The position numbers and the translations under genes are program-made. Positions 26,641-41,790 of a stretch of 64,000 nucleotides of DNA are shown here, in pieces (the first letter of the stretch is position 1; each line of letters starts with the position of its first letter). The notes below the pieces were generated by a model, which saw only the letters and a list, made by a program, of their open reading frames with translations, was not told where the DNA came from and did no database searches. The stretch is from Octopus vulgaris (lineage: Eukaryota), in NCBI GenBank assembly GCA_951406725.2, contig OX597825.1, forward strand, positions 63,984,001-64,048,000, written 5' to 3'.

Positions 26641-26734
26641 TTTCAGTATCTTTTCCATTTGAAATTTTGACATGTCAAATGATGGAATTTGATTGAATAT
26701 ATATAATAATGAAAGTTAAATTATTGGTTTCAAA

Positions 26735-26938
26735 TTTAGGCTCAATGCCAGAAATTTGAGGAAGGGGCTTAGTCGATTATATCAAACCTACTGCTCGACT
26801 AGCACTTATTTTATCGAATCTACAAGAATGAAAGGCAAAGTCGACCTCGGCGGAATTTGAACGCAGGATGTAAAGACGGACGAAATGCCGCTAAGCATTT
26901 TGCAGGTGTGGTAACAATTCTGCCATCCCGCCGCCTTC
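26735..26938 (-). mobile_element. SINE family B (diverged), inverted relative to its neighbour
   Basis: gaatgaaaggcaaagtcgacctcggcggaatttgaac...ttctgcca.c.cgccgcctt. Confidence 0.85.
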
Positions 26939-27886
26939 ACAGAGTTAAAATATTAGACTCTCTACATTCAGTATATGAAACGAGAGTGAATAACCACGTT
27001 AACGAAATCGCTGCATATCTTATTGTGTGAATTAATTAGAAGAAGGAAAGCAGTGAGCCATAGTTTAAGGAAGAAAGATTAAGAACTAGCTAGATATACG
27101 ATGATTAAAATAAATCTGCCAAGATAGGCAGGACAAAAAGTTAGAGCACGGTTATTGTTAAGCTATCATGTAAAATATACAATAGGAATACGCGAAATGA
27201 AGTTGTACGAATGACCGAAGAATACAAGAGCAATGCACTTCAAATAAAGAAATTTAAGTCATAAGAAGGATAATTATATTTTAATATCAGAAGTGTGATA
27301 GAGTTAATTATATTTATGAAATAAATCATTCTGTAAGGTTACACAATATACGTACTATACTGCAATATTTAAAGTTAATTGTATATATTAGTGATTTACG
27401 ATAATACAATAATACAATGACACTGTTGATTAGTCTCTCATAATACCTTTAAATATTTCTCTCAAAATTATTAAATAATTTTCTACGGATAATCCATAGT
27501 CTGTTCGATATTGTAGTATTTTTAAAATGTTGACGTATATATCAATGCGTGTTTGCATGTGTGAGTGTGTGAATAAGTATGCGTGCATTTTTTATATCAG
27601 AGAGCGTACATGTGTTCATGTACGAGTGTACATGTACATAATGAAGCATTAATTACAAGCCAATATGAATAAAACGATAACAAGATTGTGTAAAAGGTGA
27701 TTGACATATTAAGATTATATTACCTTCACACATACATAAAAACACACCACAGATATTTACGCGTGCTCATACATACATGTATGTATATGCGTACATACAC
27801 ACACACACACATACTCACGTACATATGTATCCATATAATTATCTTTATATATCTTAACATATATTAATATATGTATATATATGCCC

Positions 27887-27938
<52 letters not shown>

Positions 27939-27941
27939 AAT

Positions 27942-27975
<34 letters not shown>

Positions 27976-27976
27976 G

Positions 27977-28057
<81 letters not shown>

Positions 28058-28777
28058 CGTATGAGTATGTCTATGTTTCTGAGTGTATGGTTTATCTTTC
28101 TTCATGTGTGTGTAATACTGAAACATTATATAGGAAAAAATAATTAAATAAATAACAAGTATTTCAAACAAAGAATTACTGATGGAAGAGGAAAACAATC
28201 GAAAATTATAAATCTAAAAGTGCAACAAAATTACAAAAGAAAAAAATCGAAAAGCTAAACTAAGCAAAAAAATCAAACATATTAAAGGCCTGTATAGGAA
28301 TATTCGTTATAGAAGACGGAACTACACAAACAACAGTACAGTCTAATATCTAATAAAATGAAACTCAACAAAAAACAATGCTGGAAATAAACAACAGAAA
28401 ATATTTTCTAATATCTATGTTTTCGTCCACAGATGACTTAAGGATTTTGTTGATCAATTCTTTAATCCGACTTGATAGCTGGCTAGCAGATAGAGACAAA
28501 AACAAAATAGATTACTATGCTCTTCTGTTCTATTTCTCTGACTTTTGGGGTATGACTGTGAGTCAGCCTATCAGAATTGGTTTTCAAAACAGCATTCAAT
28601 TTTATTGACTGCTTTCGATTTCTCATAACGAACAATAGAGGAATATATAAAAAAAAAACTAAGAGTAAAATAATTTGGTTGTTTCTATATACGCTCTGTG
28701 TAATATATTTATTTCTGTTTTGGAAGATCTTCAAATGTGAATATGTGCAATTCACTTTGTTGTGTGTTTGTGTGTTC

Positions 28778-28817
<40 letters not shown>

Positions 28818-28859
28818 ACACACAGACAGACAAACATACACATATACATATACATATTG

Positions 28860-28903
<44 letters not shown>

Positions 28904-28941
28904 GATAGATAGACAGACAGACAGATAGATAGGTAGATAGG

Positions 28942-28997
<56 letters not shown>

Positions 28998-29025
28998 GAT
29001 AGAGATAGAGATAGATAGATAGAAG

Positions 29026-29106
<81 letters not shown>

Positions 29107-29308
29107 TATGTGTGTATTTTTCTCATTACAAAAGCACTGACACCATGAATGCTGACCGAATAAAGGAACTAAGTACACAATGTATGCTTAATATCTATTA
29201 AATGTTTTCGAGAGTAATATCGCAGTTTCATTATTGGAGTCACACAACCTGAAATGTTAATTTATGTACATTAAATACCTAAAACAAGTAAATATTCCTG
29301 TACATATA

Positions 29309-29344
<36 letters not shown>

Positions 29345-30130
29345 AAATAAGCAACAAGGTTATCCAGAGGTAATGCAGTACGATCGTTTCATGCGATTCT
29401 TAAACAAGAATGTTATTGTTAATGACTTCAATTTTTCGATCTGCTGAGCCATCGTCACACTGCAATACTTTGGATTTAATCTTGGGTTTATACATACTGC
29501 GTGTTCAGCTAAAATTTTCCTTATGTATATTGCTGGGTATGTGATAAAGATTTTTTGCATTTTTTAATCAGGTGTACATATTTAGGTGAGATCCCTTAAG
29601 GTCATAGTATTGAGTTTAATTGCTCGCTAAAATGATGCAATTCGGTTTATCATATGGCAGTAATCATTGTTGGCTTTGATGGATTTAATTCTTTGCCCTG
29701 ACAACGTAAAAGTGAAAGGCTTAAAATTTAGTTCAGCATGTAGAAACTGAGTAATTGGCTGTGTCAATTTTCTCTTAATTGAATTTTTCTATAGAAATTA
29801 TAGACAGCAGCGACTATGTTAGGACGTTTCGTATGAGAAGTACGCTAAATGTAAACAATGTCAATACGGTATCTCTACAGGTCATTAACATTTCCATACT
29901 AATAATGTTACACTGGTACATGCAATAAGCTCGTGGGTGGTTACTGTGTTGAATGGGTGATGATGAAGAAACAAAACCTACTGAAATAGGACCTATACAC
30001 TTATTACCTATTTCTCAACACAGATAAATACGAACCTATAAACTTATATATATATATATATGTATGTATACATGCATACGCACACATATGCATTATATAT
30101 ATACATAAATATACATATATATATATATAC

Positions 30131-30195
<65 letters not shown>

Positions 30196-30429
30196 TTTCT
30201 TCTTGCGCTCGTGAAAAAAAAATTTTCTTCGTCTAGGCTTATAGGCCCTCATTATTTGTTTTCCTGTCCTGTTTCTATCCCTTCTTGTACTGTATTTTTT
30301 GTAATTGTATTTTTATTTTGTATTTGTTTTTAATTGTATTATTTTTACGTCCTGTTTTTGTCACATTTTTTGCCCTTGTTTTTACCCCTCTGCAAAGTAA
30401 TTTTATTTAATTCTTTCGCAGGAAGGATT

Positions 30430-30505
30430 AGTTCGACGAGACGTGTTCTGTCCTCACCTTCGAAATACGCTGAAGTTGAACTAGGGACAGCTGATGAAGG
30501 GGATT
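30430..30505 (+). ncRNA. Decayed type II-topology hammerhead-like motif in a (TA)n-flanked insert (about 30193-30628)
   Basis: GAGAC-GT-GTT-CTGTCC...GGACAG-CTGATGA: stem I closes immediately before a perfect CUGAUGA. GAAA is altered to GAGA and stem II pairs poorly. Confidence 0.35.
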
Positions 30506-30803
30506 TTTCCTTGTGTAGTTGTCTTGTACTCTGTTTTTTCGTTGTTAAAAAAATGGTCCGTTCCATGCCGTTTTTACGTTTTCGTTTCTCGTTGAGTTCT
30601 ACGTCTATTTGTGGTGTCCAGAACACACGTATATATATTTATATATGCATGCATATATACATGCAGTTGTAGGTACGTACATATATGTTTGTATGTATGC
30701 ATATATTTTATTTATTACACTATTGTATGACTGAGCGCCCTCGCGTCGATTCGATTCGATTCGTTTGGTTTCGTTTCGTTTCTTCTCCTCCAAGCTGGTT
30801 TAT

Positions 30804-30849
<46 letters not shown>

Positions 30850-30947
30850 GAAAGGAAAGGAAAAGTTACTCTTTCACGTTGCAGATCTTCATATCTGAGG
30901 ACTAATTTTTCCACCTTGTTTTCCACTTACGCGTGTATATATATGTC

Positions 30948-31362
30948 TCTTTTCTCTTTTCTCTTTTACTTGTTTCAGTCATTTGACTGCGGCCATGCTG
31001 GAGCACCGCCTTTACTCGAGCAACTCGACCCCGGGATTTATTCGCTTTTTTTTTGTAAGCCTAGTACTTATTCTATCGGTCTCTTTTGCCGAACCGCTAA
31101 ATAACGCGGACATAAACACACCCGCATCGGTTGTCAAGCAATGCTAAGGGGACAAATACAGACACACAAACACACACACGCCTATATATATATACATATA
31201 TACGACGGGCTTCTTTCAGTTTCCGTCTACCAAATCCACTCACAAAGCTTTGGTTTGCCCGAGGCTATAGTAGAAGACACTTGCCCAAGGTGCCACGCAG
31301 TGGGACTGAACCCGGAACCATGTGGTTGGTAAACAAGCTACTTACCACACAACCACTCCTGT
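30948..31362 (-). mobile_element. SINE family A, full length
   Basis: Reverse complement of head (caggagtggttgtgtggtaagtagcttg...gggttcagtccc), internal microsatellite and 3' tail. Confidence 0.92.
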
Positions 31363-31480
31363 GTGTATGTATGGGTGTTTTTGTATGTATGCGTATACAT
31401 ATATATATAATTAGATAGACAGACAGATAGATGGTTAGATGGATAGATAAATAGATAGATAAGTAGATATATAGATAAAC

Positions 31481-31569
<89 letters not shown>

Positions 31570-31842
31570 TTTCAGTAACATGTTCAAACAAAAGATCTTT
31601 CAGAATTTCATCAGTTGGAGAACATAATGTTCTGAGGCAATTACCGTGAAGATTGTCCTACTAATTCCTGGTGAGAAGGAATGGTAGATGTAGTCTGTTG
31701 ATCTCATCAAGTATATAGTTCCTATAATTATACCCATAAATCTTCTGTCCCTAACATAACTGAACGTATTGGCACTTATTCGGTTTACCCTGCTTCTCAT
31801 TATATAGAACCATCGCTATATATATATATATATATATGCGTG

Positions 31843-31906
<64 letters not shown>

Positions 31907-32208
31907 CGTGCGCGCCCGTGTGAGTGTCACAGTCTCCGGAAGGAAATTAACTTAGGGGATGAAACCTCAGCAACAATATTGTTCACAAATTTTTATTGTT
32001 TTTTAATGTTTTATTTGTGCCTTATGTTTTATTTTTGTTCATTGTTCTTTGAGAAGTAGTAATCTATCTTCAAGCTACTTATCACATTATGTGTGCTGTC
32101 TTCTGAACCTTAGTACAGTAAGTAGTGATGGAAATTAAGATTCTTCACCCTAGAAAAATTGTAGGTGGTGCGCTTGCAACCTCTGCACCTACTGTTCCCA
32201 GGCCTTTG

Positions 32209-32267
<59 letters not shown>

Positions 32268-32374
32268 TTTGTTGTGTGTGTGTACCGTTTTACATTATGG
32301 ATTCTATTTACGTTTTCGACATTTTCTTTCCGTGTGTGGTTTTGTCTGGATGAAAGTATGTTTAAATATACACT

Positions 32375-32420
<46 letters not shown>

Positions 32421-33789
32421 TTGTTTGCGAGAAATGCATAATTTCTTGACGTCTCTCACAAGGTGGAAAACTAATAAAAGTTTTTAAAAATCATTTGCTT
32501 CATAGTTAAAGTTTTCAACACTTTCCTAAATAAGTAAAGAAAATCGAGAATATTATGGTAAATTTCTTAAAATTTTTTCTCGTATGGCTTCGTTTTTTGC
32601 CATTGATTGCTCTGCGTATTCTTTACAATTCAGGAAGACGGGGGCGGTAAAAATAAAATTTAAAAAAATTTCGATGCTCGTATGTGATCGAATTTATGTC
32701 AATAAATATCAATCTCACTCCTTCTAACCTTTCTTACTTCGTTTTCGAATGTAGGTAAAATAATATTTGCATAAGATTCAGTTCTGGCTTCACAAAGTTT
32801 TACGTACATCAAATAAGCAGAGTTTGCCGATTTTTATTACTAAATTTTCGTTCATATTAACCTATTAATGATAGATTGTTGCTCCTAGCTGAAATTCCGA
32901 AGAGTCGATGTGATGAAACGGGCAGCAAATCCACTAGCGTCATTCAAAGTGGAAATGTGTTTTCACACATATATAGGAATAGTCTGCCAAGATTGCCTCC
33001 ACAACAGCAGGCTCTACCTGTCCGAATGCACTAGAGCGTGTTAAGACTATAACCAAATATATATTACGTATGTATGATTTATACAAATACATATTATATA
33101 ACTCTGCATAGTGTGACATTTTCATTCAATATCGACTACCTCTGATGAGCGTAGTGTTATATAATCAGATTGTTACCTAATTTTCCGTTGTACCACTAGC
33201 GCGAAACTGATTGGTAAGATCAACCGTGATGGACATATAATACTATAAACTTCGGATAATGTGTTGGGGGTGGTACTCAGAGTTACTCGTTTCCTATCAT
33301 CAACTTTTAAAGAGAAGCTGCTTTCCTTTGAATATGTCCACTGAAAATTTGGGAGGAAATATGAATTGAGAGAGAATTCTATCCTAAAAGTGGACGAAAT
33401 GCAGCCCTTAACAACTTCTCTGAGTATATTATAATCTTGGATATAGAAGATTTGATATTCCATCTCACTTATATCTTCAGTGGTTCCTTGGGAGACTTCT
33501 TTATAATTGTACAATCAAGGTATGTACAAATTATGAATATTTTGTTCGGATGGTGTTTGTCACATGTAGGTTATATGCGAAAGTAATTATGACATACATT
33601 TCAGAAATCCAGTTAAATAATTTTGGTTGACATGAATATTTCTTTGTTATGGTTACATCGAAGCTGGGTGATCGAGTTTGGCACGAATAACATTACACAG
33701 ATTTAAATCTAACGAGCGAGAAATTTTGAAGTAAATTGCAACAATTATTATATCGAGGAAAATTGAAATATTTTAAATTTTCCGTTGTC

Positions 33790-35072
33790 ATCTTCCCATC
33801 CACCTGCTTTCGGGTATGGTCCCATTGTCTGGCAACTTAGGCAGGTCGCTTTTACTACAGGCCTCGGGCCGTCCAAAGTTTCGGGACAATATTTGCTGAA
33901 CGGAAACTGTAAGAAGCCCATTGTGAATGTATATATATATATATCAACAACAATAATATACATATATATACATACATATATGCATACATACACATATACA
34001 TACATACATGCATACATACATACCAATATATATAAGCATGCGCACACAACCGCACATATCTGAGTAACAAGATTTCTATTGATCGTTTTTCCAAAAGTCC
34101 TGATGGACTGGTGATTATCCCTATATATACATGTGTAAGGTAAAACGTTTTCTGTTTCGTAAGGGGGTTGTTTTTTCAATTTGTACCTTATCTTCAACAT
34201 TTCCCCATTGTTCTGGCCTTACACGATGAAACTTCCTAAATTAATATTACATAATGCATCGCGTAAACTAACGCATATATATATGTGTGTATGTGTGTAT
34301 GCGTGTGTACATATATATAAATGTGTATGTATATATACACACACACACATATGCATACATATATGCATGTATATATCTGTGTGTGTGTCTTTGTGATTGC
34401 GTTTGTCATATAGTGTTTGATAACCAGCGCCGGTTTGTTTACGTTCCCTTAATTAGTAATTAATCAAAAAGTCCGATAGAATATAGCTTACAAAGTGAGT
34501 TCTTGGGTCGATTTTTTCGAATATAGTACTGTGTAACACCAGTTTTGGTCTTGGGAAGCAAATCTTATTTCCTATTTTCTTACACCTAGAAAATATTAAA
34601 AAGGGCTGATATTCCCTTCAAACATTGCTCTTGGTACTGTATTTATCCTAACTCCAAAGAGTCTCTCACAACACATGGCTATGATACCTTCCACTACCCC
34701 TGATCAGGATCAGAGATACACATATTGCCAGCCACTAAGAGACATGCTCAAGTCGTTAAGGTCAAGCAACTGACGAGCAAATCTATGGCATTCAGTAGAA
34801 AATTTGCTAAAACGATATTACTGCTTGAGTAACTCAGCGCTGGATCCCTCTGAAATATAATGGAAAATAGGTCAGTTTCAAAACATTATTGTCCATGTTA
34901 GTAAATTTTGAGAGAATAGTAGTTATTTTCTTTGATTTGTAGATAAAAGCAAATAGGACATAACACTCACCGGTCAAAGACAGAAAAAAAAAACATAAAA
35001 ATTTTGTTACAAGGCGGTGCTCGAACATGGTCACAGTCCAACGATTGAAACATGTATGAAAAGATAAAAGAT
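33790..35072 (+). mobile_element. Old SINE family A copy split into three pieces (about 33790-33925, 34380-34525, 35010-35072)
   Basis: Head/CORE, middle and 3' tail segments occur in the correct order and are separated by unrelated sequence. Confidence 0.55.
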
Positions 35073-35100
35073 AACTATGGACATTTAGAAACAGCTGTAA

Positions 35101-35494
35101 TCTTTATATATAAAAGTGAAGTTGTGTGTCTGTCTCCTACGATTTAGATTCCTAACTACTCCCACATTTTGCGGTGCAGTGTAACCAAAAGCGGGTATCT
35201 TATAGTCGTGATTCATATCGAGCCCTTCTGGGTATTAGCGCACGTCTACGATGAGTCTACGATTTAAGAAAAAAATTACCACAATTTATTCCCATTTTTA
35301 ATGCATTTTTTTGCTATTATATAAGGGAAGTAACTCTCCAAAAAAGTATTATTAAATCTCAGAACGTAAAAAGCTACAGTAACACCCCCTTTGTGGTTAG
35401 CCATATTGAGATGGCTATTATACTTTACATCTCTAAAAATGCTTATATAGTGATTTCTCTTACAAACCCGAGCAACGCCGGGCGATACTGCTAG
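35101..35494 (+). mobile_element. Non-autonomous Helitron
   Basis: A|TC 5' end, hairpin cccgagcaacgccggg, CTAG|T 3' end. About 100 bp longer internally than the 16985 copy. Confidence 0.9.
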
Positions 35495-36228
35495 TAACTT
35501 ATGAAAACATGAGAGCCGGTTCTTCTAATTTATGCGGCTATGTATCAACTGCCTTGGCAAAACACATAATACACTTGCAGAATCACCGAAGTATAATAAT
35601 TTTCTGTTATAATTTGAGCGCTGCGTACCCAGTGAAAGAGAAATGAATACTGAGAACATATTGTAATCTTCATATTACATTGCACATATTAACTTCTATC
35701 ACTTCAACGTGAATATACTTAGTCAGTTCAATGACAAAATATCATAACATGTCCTCAACACATATCTACTAACTTATGATGTGCTTCATTATGTTCTTTA
35801 CTACCAGATCCACCAGCACCGAGGCAAAAGTGACTAAATATATTTTTATATAGAACGTTGTTGGGTTACATCTTCCGGGATGCCGGCAGCACATCTATAA
35901 TGTTTCATCAAAAACTCAAATAACTTCCTCATACTTTTCCATGGAGACTCTTTCTTTCATTACGCGGTTTACAGCACTGGTTTATTGATTTGTCATATCT
36001 CATCTGCCATTGTCTTTTCCAGTCTTCAAGCCTCGAAGCGCTATGTATATGAATGTATGTAAATATGTATGAGTTTCTGTGTATGCATAAAATATAGAAA
36101 CATTCAAAGTATATGTGATTTACACTCAGATATGTTGGCATGCGTGTGCAAAGCAATATACGCAGTTTGCTAAATACAAAGTGTCTTATGTGGAGATGTA
36201 TACATTTACATGTATATATATAAATGTA

Positions 36229-36268
<40 letters not shown>

Positions 36269-36745
36269 CATATAGAATATAAATACCATATACGTATAAA
36301 TGTATATGCATATATGTATATATATATATATACATATATGCATATACATTTATACGTATATAGTTATATTCTATATGCATGTGTTGAAATGAAGCTATTT
36401 GTATTATGCAGAGATAAATATTTACACTATTCGAGAATATGTTTATAAACACATCCATGCTGTATAAAATATTGATCGCTTTATAGAAGGATATGTGTTC
36501 GTATTGAATTTTTCACTTGTTTCTTTCACATACTTGACAAATGTTTTATACCTGCAAATGTTATTTTAATAAATGTGCATATACACATATGTGCAAAAGC
36601 ATATATATACATATATATATATGTATGTATGCATATGTATGTATATATATATATATACATATACATACATACATGTATATAGAGAGAGACAGACAGATCG
36701 AGGGGTGGGAGAATTAGGTAAATAGATAGATAGATAGATATATAA

Positions 36746-36794
<49 letters not shown>

Positions 36795-37509
36795 CAGAGA
36801 AACAAACAGATCGATAGAGATATAGATATATTTACCTACACATATATACATACATATATACATACATACATACATCCATACATACACATACTCTCATACT
36901 TTTGAGCGTATAGAGATATAAACATTCACGCCTACATACCTAACACACCATTTTGCAATTCTTAATTGCTCAAATGTGAATCCCTGAAACTGCTTTCTGA
37001 AATATATTTACGCATATTTCTTGCAGAGAACCTCCAAAAATGTTTCATATCAACATGTTTTGATTTAATAAATGATTCTATCCATGTTAATTTGTAAACA
37101 TAGTATTTATAGTTAACTATTAAAACGGTACCATAACTGTTACATATATCTGTAAACTTGCAGCACATATTATAAGTAGATGGTTCCTAATAGTTGCTTT
37201 AAATGATTTTACAGCCTTTATTGAATTACATATTCTCATTGAAAATATACACTTTTGCTCTTGTACCAAGCTTCGAAATGGTGAGATCTAAGATCTAGTG
37301 CTGAAACTTGGTCAATTGCGGAGAGAACATCTCAGGGCAATTATTTAAATGTCAGAAATGCTATTATTGTAAGTATTGGTTTCTTTCACGTTGGCATTGT
37401 CTAATATATAGTGCCAACATATTTCGGGTGAATTTCTATGACTTGGCGGTTGATACAATATATTTCACCTCCCACATATTATAAATCTGTCAGAGTTGTC
37501 GCCTCGGTT

Positions 37510-37796
37510 GTGGCATATCTGAGTATTATGCGTTGTTTAAGAAAACGAATGAGTGAAAACAATCAATTCTCCTGGGTATATTCTTTTTTAGTCATTATTG
37601 TTTATTGTTAGCCATTTATGAAAAATGAATTGGGAAGATATTTCAGTTTTTCTTTAAATTGTGTTAAATATGTATTGCAATTTGTATTCTATTAAATGTA
37701 GACTTTAGGGGAAATTTCTTTGTTTACTCAGCGATGGTGACGCTGATTCCAGTAATGGAGGCATGTGTGAATTTTGAACTTCATTTGCAATATCCA
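37510..37796 (+). repeat. Dispersed direct repeat, copy 1 (copy 2 at 39108-39383)
   Basis: Shared gtggcatatctga...gggaagatatttcagtttttctt...ctattaaatgtagactttaggggaaat.tctttgtttactcagcgatggtga. Confidence 0.85.
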
Positions 37797-38236
37797 TACT
37801 TACATTGAAATTAGACAGGAAATCCACACGTGGATTCGTCAGAAATTGAACCATCATAGGGTTGACAGAAAAAATTATTGATGCGTACAAAGCTGAGAGT
37901 TAACAATAATTCTTGCAAGAACTGAGAGAAAATGCTTGCTGCATGAGTAAGTTAAACGAAAGAACAGTCCACAGTTTGTTGTTACTGCATAGATAATGGA
38001 AGAAACTAGGACTGGAGGCCGAGAACATCTGTTTATTTCTTTCGCCTTTTTGTAGCATCAAGGATGACTGCAATCGCTTGAGGGATTCATTCATCGGAGA
38101 CTGCCAAGGTTTTTGTGAACTCCAATCGATATCTAAAGTAGAGATCATCCTTCAGTATAACTTTCCTTTATCATTGAATACTCTTATTTATTTTGTTTTC
38201 AGCGATTATCTCAGTAGCCCGTACATTTACATACAT

Positions 38237-38349
<113 letters not shown>

Positions 38350-38350
38350 T

Positions 38351-38385
<35 letters not shown>

Positions 38386-38386
38386 T

Positions 38387-38457
<71 letters not shown>

Positions 38458-39107
38458 TAGATATATAGATATAAATATAGATATAGATATAGATATATAC
38501 ACATACATACATACATCTGTCTCTTCCACCGAAGGGCATTTTCTAAAAACACATTAACCATTTTTATCAAAAGCTCTGGAAGATTCATACAAGGCACATA
38601 TGCTACAAATTGAAGAATCATCACATATATTCTGCTTCACTGATACCACTCTCCCTTAATGTTGTAATTCTGACAAGAATTTCGTTCGAAAAATATATAT
38701 TTAAGATATATATATTGCACTTCTTATAAAAATTTCGTTTGTTAGAAAATATAGTTGGTGTTTGCGTACGTACATCGGCGTCACTTATAGTACTACTATG
38801 ATATCTAACAACTCTTAGGGAGTTCACATCTCCAAAGAAAAGTTACCAGTCACGTTAAGATTGATTGGTGATATTTGAATCTTTAAAGTTCATCAGAGAT
38901 GATATGTTTAAAACTCACTTCATTTGATGACATTCTTAAAAGTAATATATGAAGGAAATTTTCTGCCAGCTATGGTCACCATTTGAGGTGGTTTAAGACA
39001 AATATAGTCTCACTTCAATTTTTGCTGCCTGAAATAAAATGGCAAATATGTCAAGCAAAATATATTAAAAGATTTGAATAGGCCTGTACATCTAACCTGC
39101 CATCTAC

Positions 39108-39383
39108 GTGGCATATCTGATTATTATTTGTTTTAGAAAACGAATGACTTAAAACAATCAATTCTCCCGGGTACAATCTTTTTGGTTGGTTATAGTTAGC
39201 CATTTATAAAGAATGAGTTGGGAAGATATTTCAGTTTTTCTTCAAATTATGATTAAAATGTATTGCAATTTGTTTTCTATTAAATGTAGACTTTAGGGGA
39301 AATCTCTTTGTTTACTCAGCGATGGTGAAGTCGATACTGTAATGGTGGCCTGTATGAATTTGAAACTTCATTTACAATATCCG
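39108..39383 (+). repeat. Dispersed direct repeat, copy 2
   Basis: Roughly 80% similar by eye to 37510-37796. Confidence 0.85.
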
Positions 39384-40084
39384 TAAATTATGTTTAATGT
39401 ATATGCAGCAAGTTGCTTTTTACTTGACTATATCCAAAATTATGATCGTTTCTAGACTGAAATTACTTTTATCATTTGTTCCTGTTATATTTCATTTCAG
39501 CTAATTCTAACATAATTTCTTATTTCATTCAATAGATTAATGTCTAAAAGGAATGATAAGATTTCAGTGTACTTTGTAAATTTTGTTATATTTCGTATAG
39601 TAATTTCATAAAATGTACAGTTTAGAAGTTAAAGCTTAGAATAATTATTAGGATATTGAACTGATTATGATTTATCAGTTTCCTGTTAAACTAAAGCTAG
39701 AATCATGCATATTTGTTTATTTGTCCTTAAACATTGCTAAAAGCGTCTAGGATTGCATCATAGTTTTTATGTACAGAACACTAAAGATGCTTCCGCAAGT
39801 ATATTTTAATAGTAATTCACTCCAGGCTCAATGCTGTTATATATTCTACTTAAAAATGCGTCTCTAAATGGAAAGTTACGGCTTCATAAATTTTAATCGC
39901 GTTGGAGTTCATGAATCAATATGATCATTACACACACAGGCACACACGCATATATATATATATATCTATATACGTACATGCTTGCGCATATATATTTTTG
40001 TATATATATGTATACTTATATATTAATATATTCATACATATACCTATACATATATATATATAAATATTTATATATATATATAAA

Positions 40085-40133
<49 letters not shown>

Positions 40134-40458
40134 GCACACACATACACACACACACACACACACATATATATAGAAGGAGACAGAGGGGGAGGGAGATAAT
40201 CAAATTATCAAATAAACGAGGTTTGGATTCATATATGAGATGCACAAACATACATACATACATATATACATGTAAATATACACATAAGGATATATATGTG
40301 TGTGTGGATATTTTCCTACTCTTCTTAGCATGAAAGCAATTCAGAAATAGAGAGATTATTCATTTACCAATGCGGTGTTGAGCACTTATTCCATCGTTCT
40401 ACATTTACGTGTATATAATATATATATATATATATATATAAAGAGAGAGAGAGGGGGG

Positions 40459-40604
<146 letters not shown>

Positions 40605-41577
40605 TGCGATTACCGATGTTTTTCATTTTCTTGCTAAATTGAGCAATAGAAAATAATAGATTTTTGTGTAGCAGTGGAATGAAAACTGGGAATGAAAGCG
40701 TTATATATATGTAGACAATGCGTTCGTAAAAAGAGGGGAGAAGAAACATTTATGGTGAATAATTTAACGCTAAAATCTAGCGTCCAAGACCATACTAGCG
40801 ACTACACTACATTCCTAGTTATAAACAATCACATCAAAATCAATAGACACATTTCGATAGTATATAGAAAGAAATGCGGACAGATACCCAGAGATTGCAA
40901 TTGCCCTCATAACTGAAAAATATCATTAACAAACATATTACTTGGGAGAACATTCAGACTCTCTGCTGCAATTGAAAAAAAAAAAAACCAAAACAAATAG
41001 ATAATGAACTCCAGTGAATAAAACAAGCACTGATTAACTACTGATAACTGATATTGATGTAGTTTAGCACACCAGCGCACTGATGAATACAAACAGAAAA
41101 ACAAGACAATATATACAGTAAACAGTACTACTACTTACAATACAGATGTTGTCCAGAAAACGGTGAATTATTCAAATAAATAACAGCAACAGAGAAGATA
41201 GCGCTTAGAAAGTTATCTATACTCATTTATGCTTAATTTTGAGATTATATAATACGTATTACATCTTGTGGATACCTTTTTTTTTGTGGTATAGGTTACT
41301 CTTTATGGAACGCACAATATCGAAGAACATATAGGCGTTTGTTTCTTTTGTGTGTTTTGCATTAGGTTGCTAAACTTTTGGAAATAACTTTTTATTGTTT
41401 AGATATTGTAGGCCATCTTTTTTAGCTACTAAATTTGTGGGCCTCCTTGCTTAGACATGCTTCTTGAGCTGATCCACATTTCATCCTTTTAACAAAATCT
41501 GCTGCCTTTTTAACTGACCAGCTGATCAAAACCATTTATCTATGGTCTACTTTCTCCATTCCAATATACTGGCTGGT

Positions 41578-41790
41578 AAGGCGACGAGCCGGTGGAGACT
41601 TTTAGCACGCCGGGTAAAATTATTGTAGACATTTCGTCAGCCTTTATGTTGTGAGTTCCAATTTCATCGAGATCAACTTTGCTTTCATCATTTCGAATTG
41701 ATGATATAAATATCAGTTAAACACTGAGGTCGTTATAATCAACGACCTCCCTTACACCGAAGCTGCTGACTTTGTACCAAAATTTTATGC
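41578..41790 (+). mobile_element. SINE family B (diverged)
   Basis: aaggcgacgagccggtggagacttttagcacgccggg...gagttccaattt...caactttgctttcatc. Confidence 0.7.

Noticed and set aside
33141-33150. CTGATGAG hammerhead-like half core
   Set aside because: No GAAA partner or stems nearby.
33173-33514. 113-aa non-repetitive ORF, also bracketed by AG/GT sites on the + strand
   Set aside because: Non-ATG start, no recognisable family, and the + strand frames contain stops.
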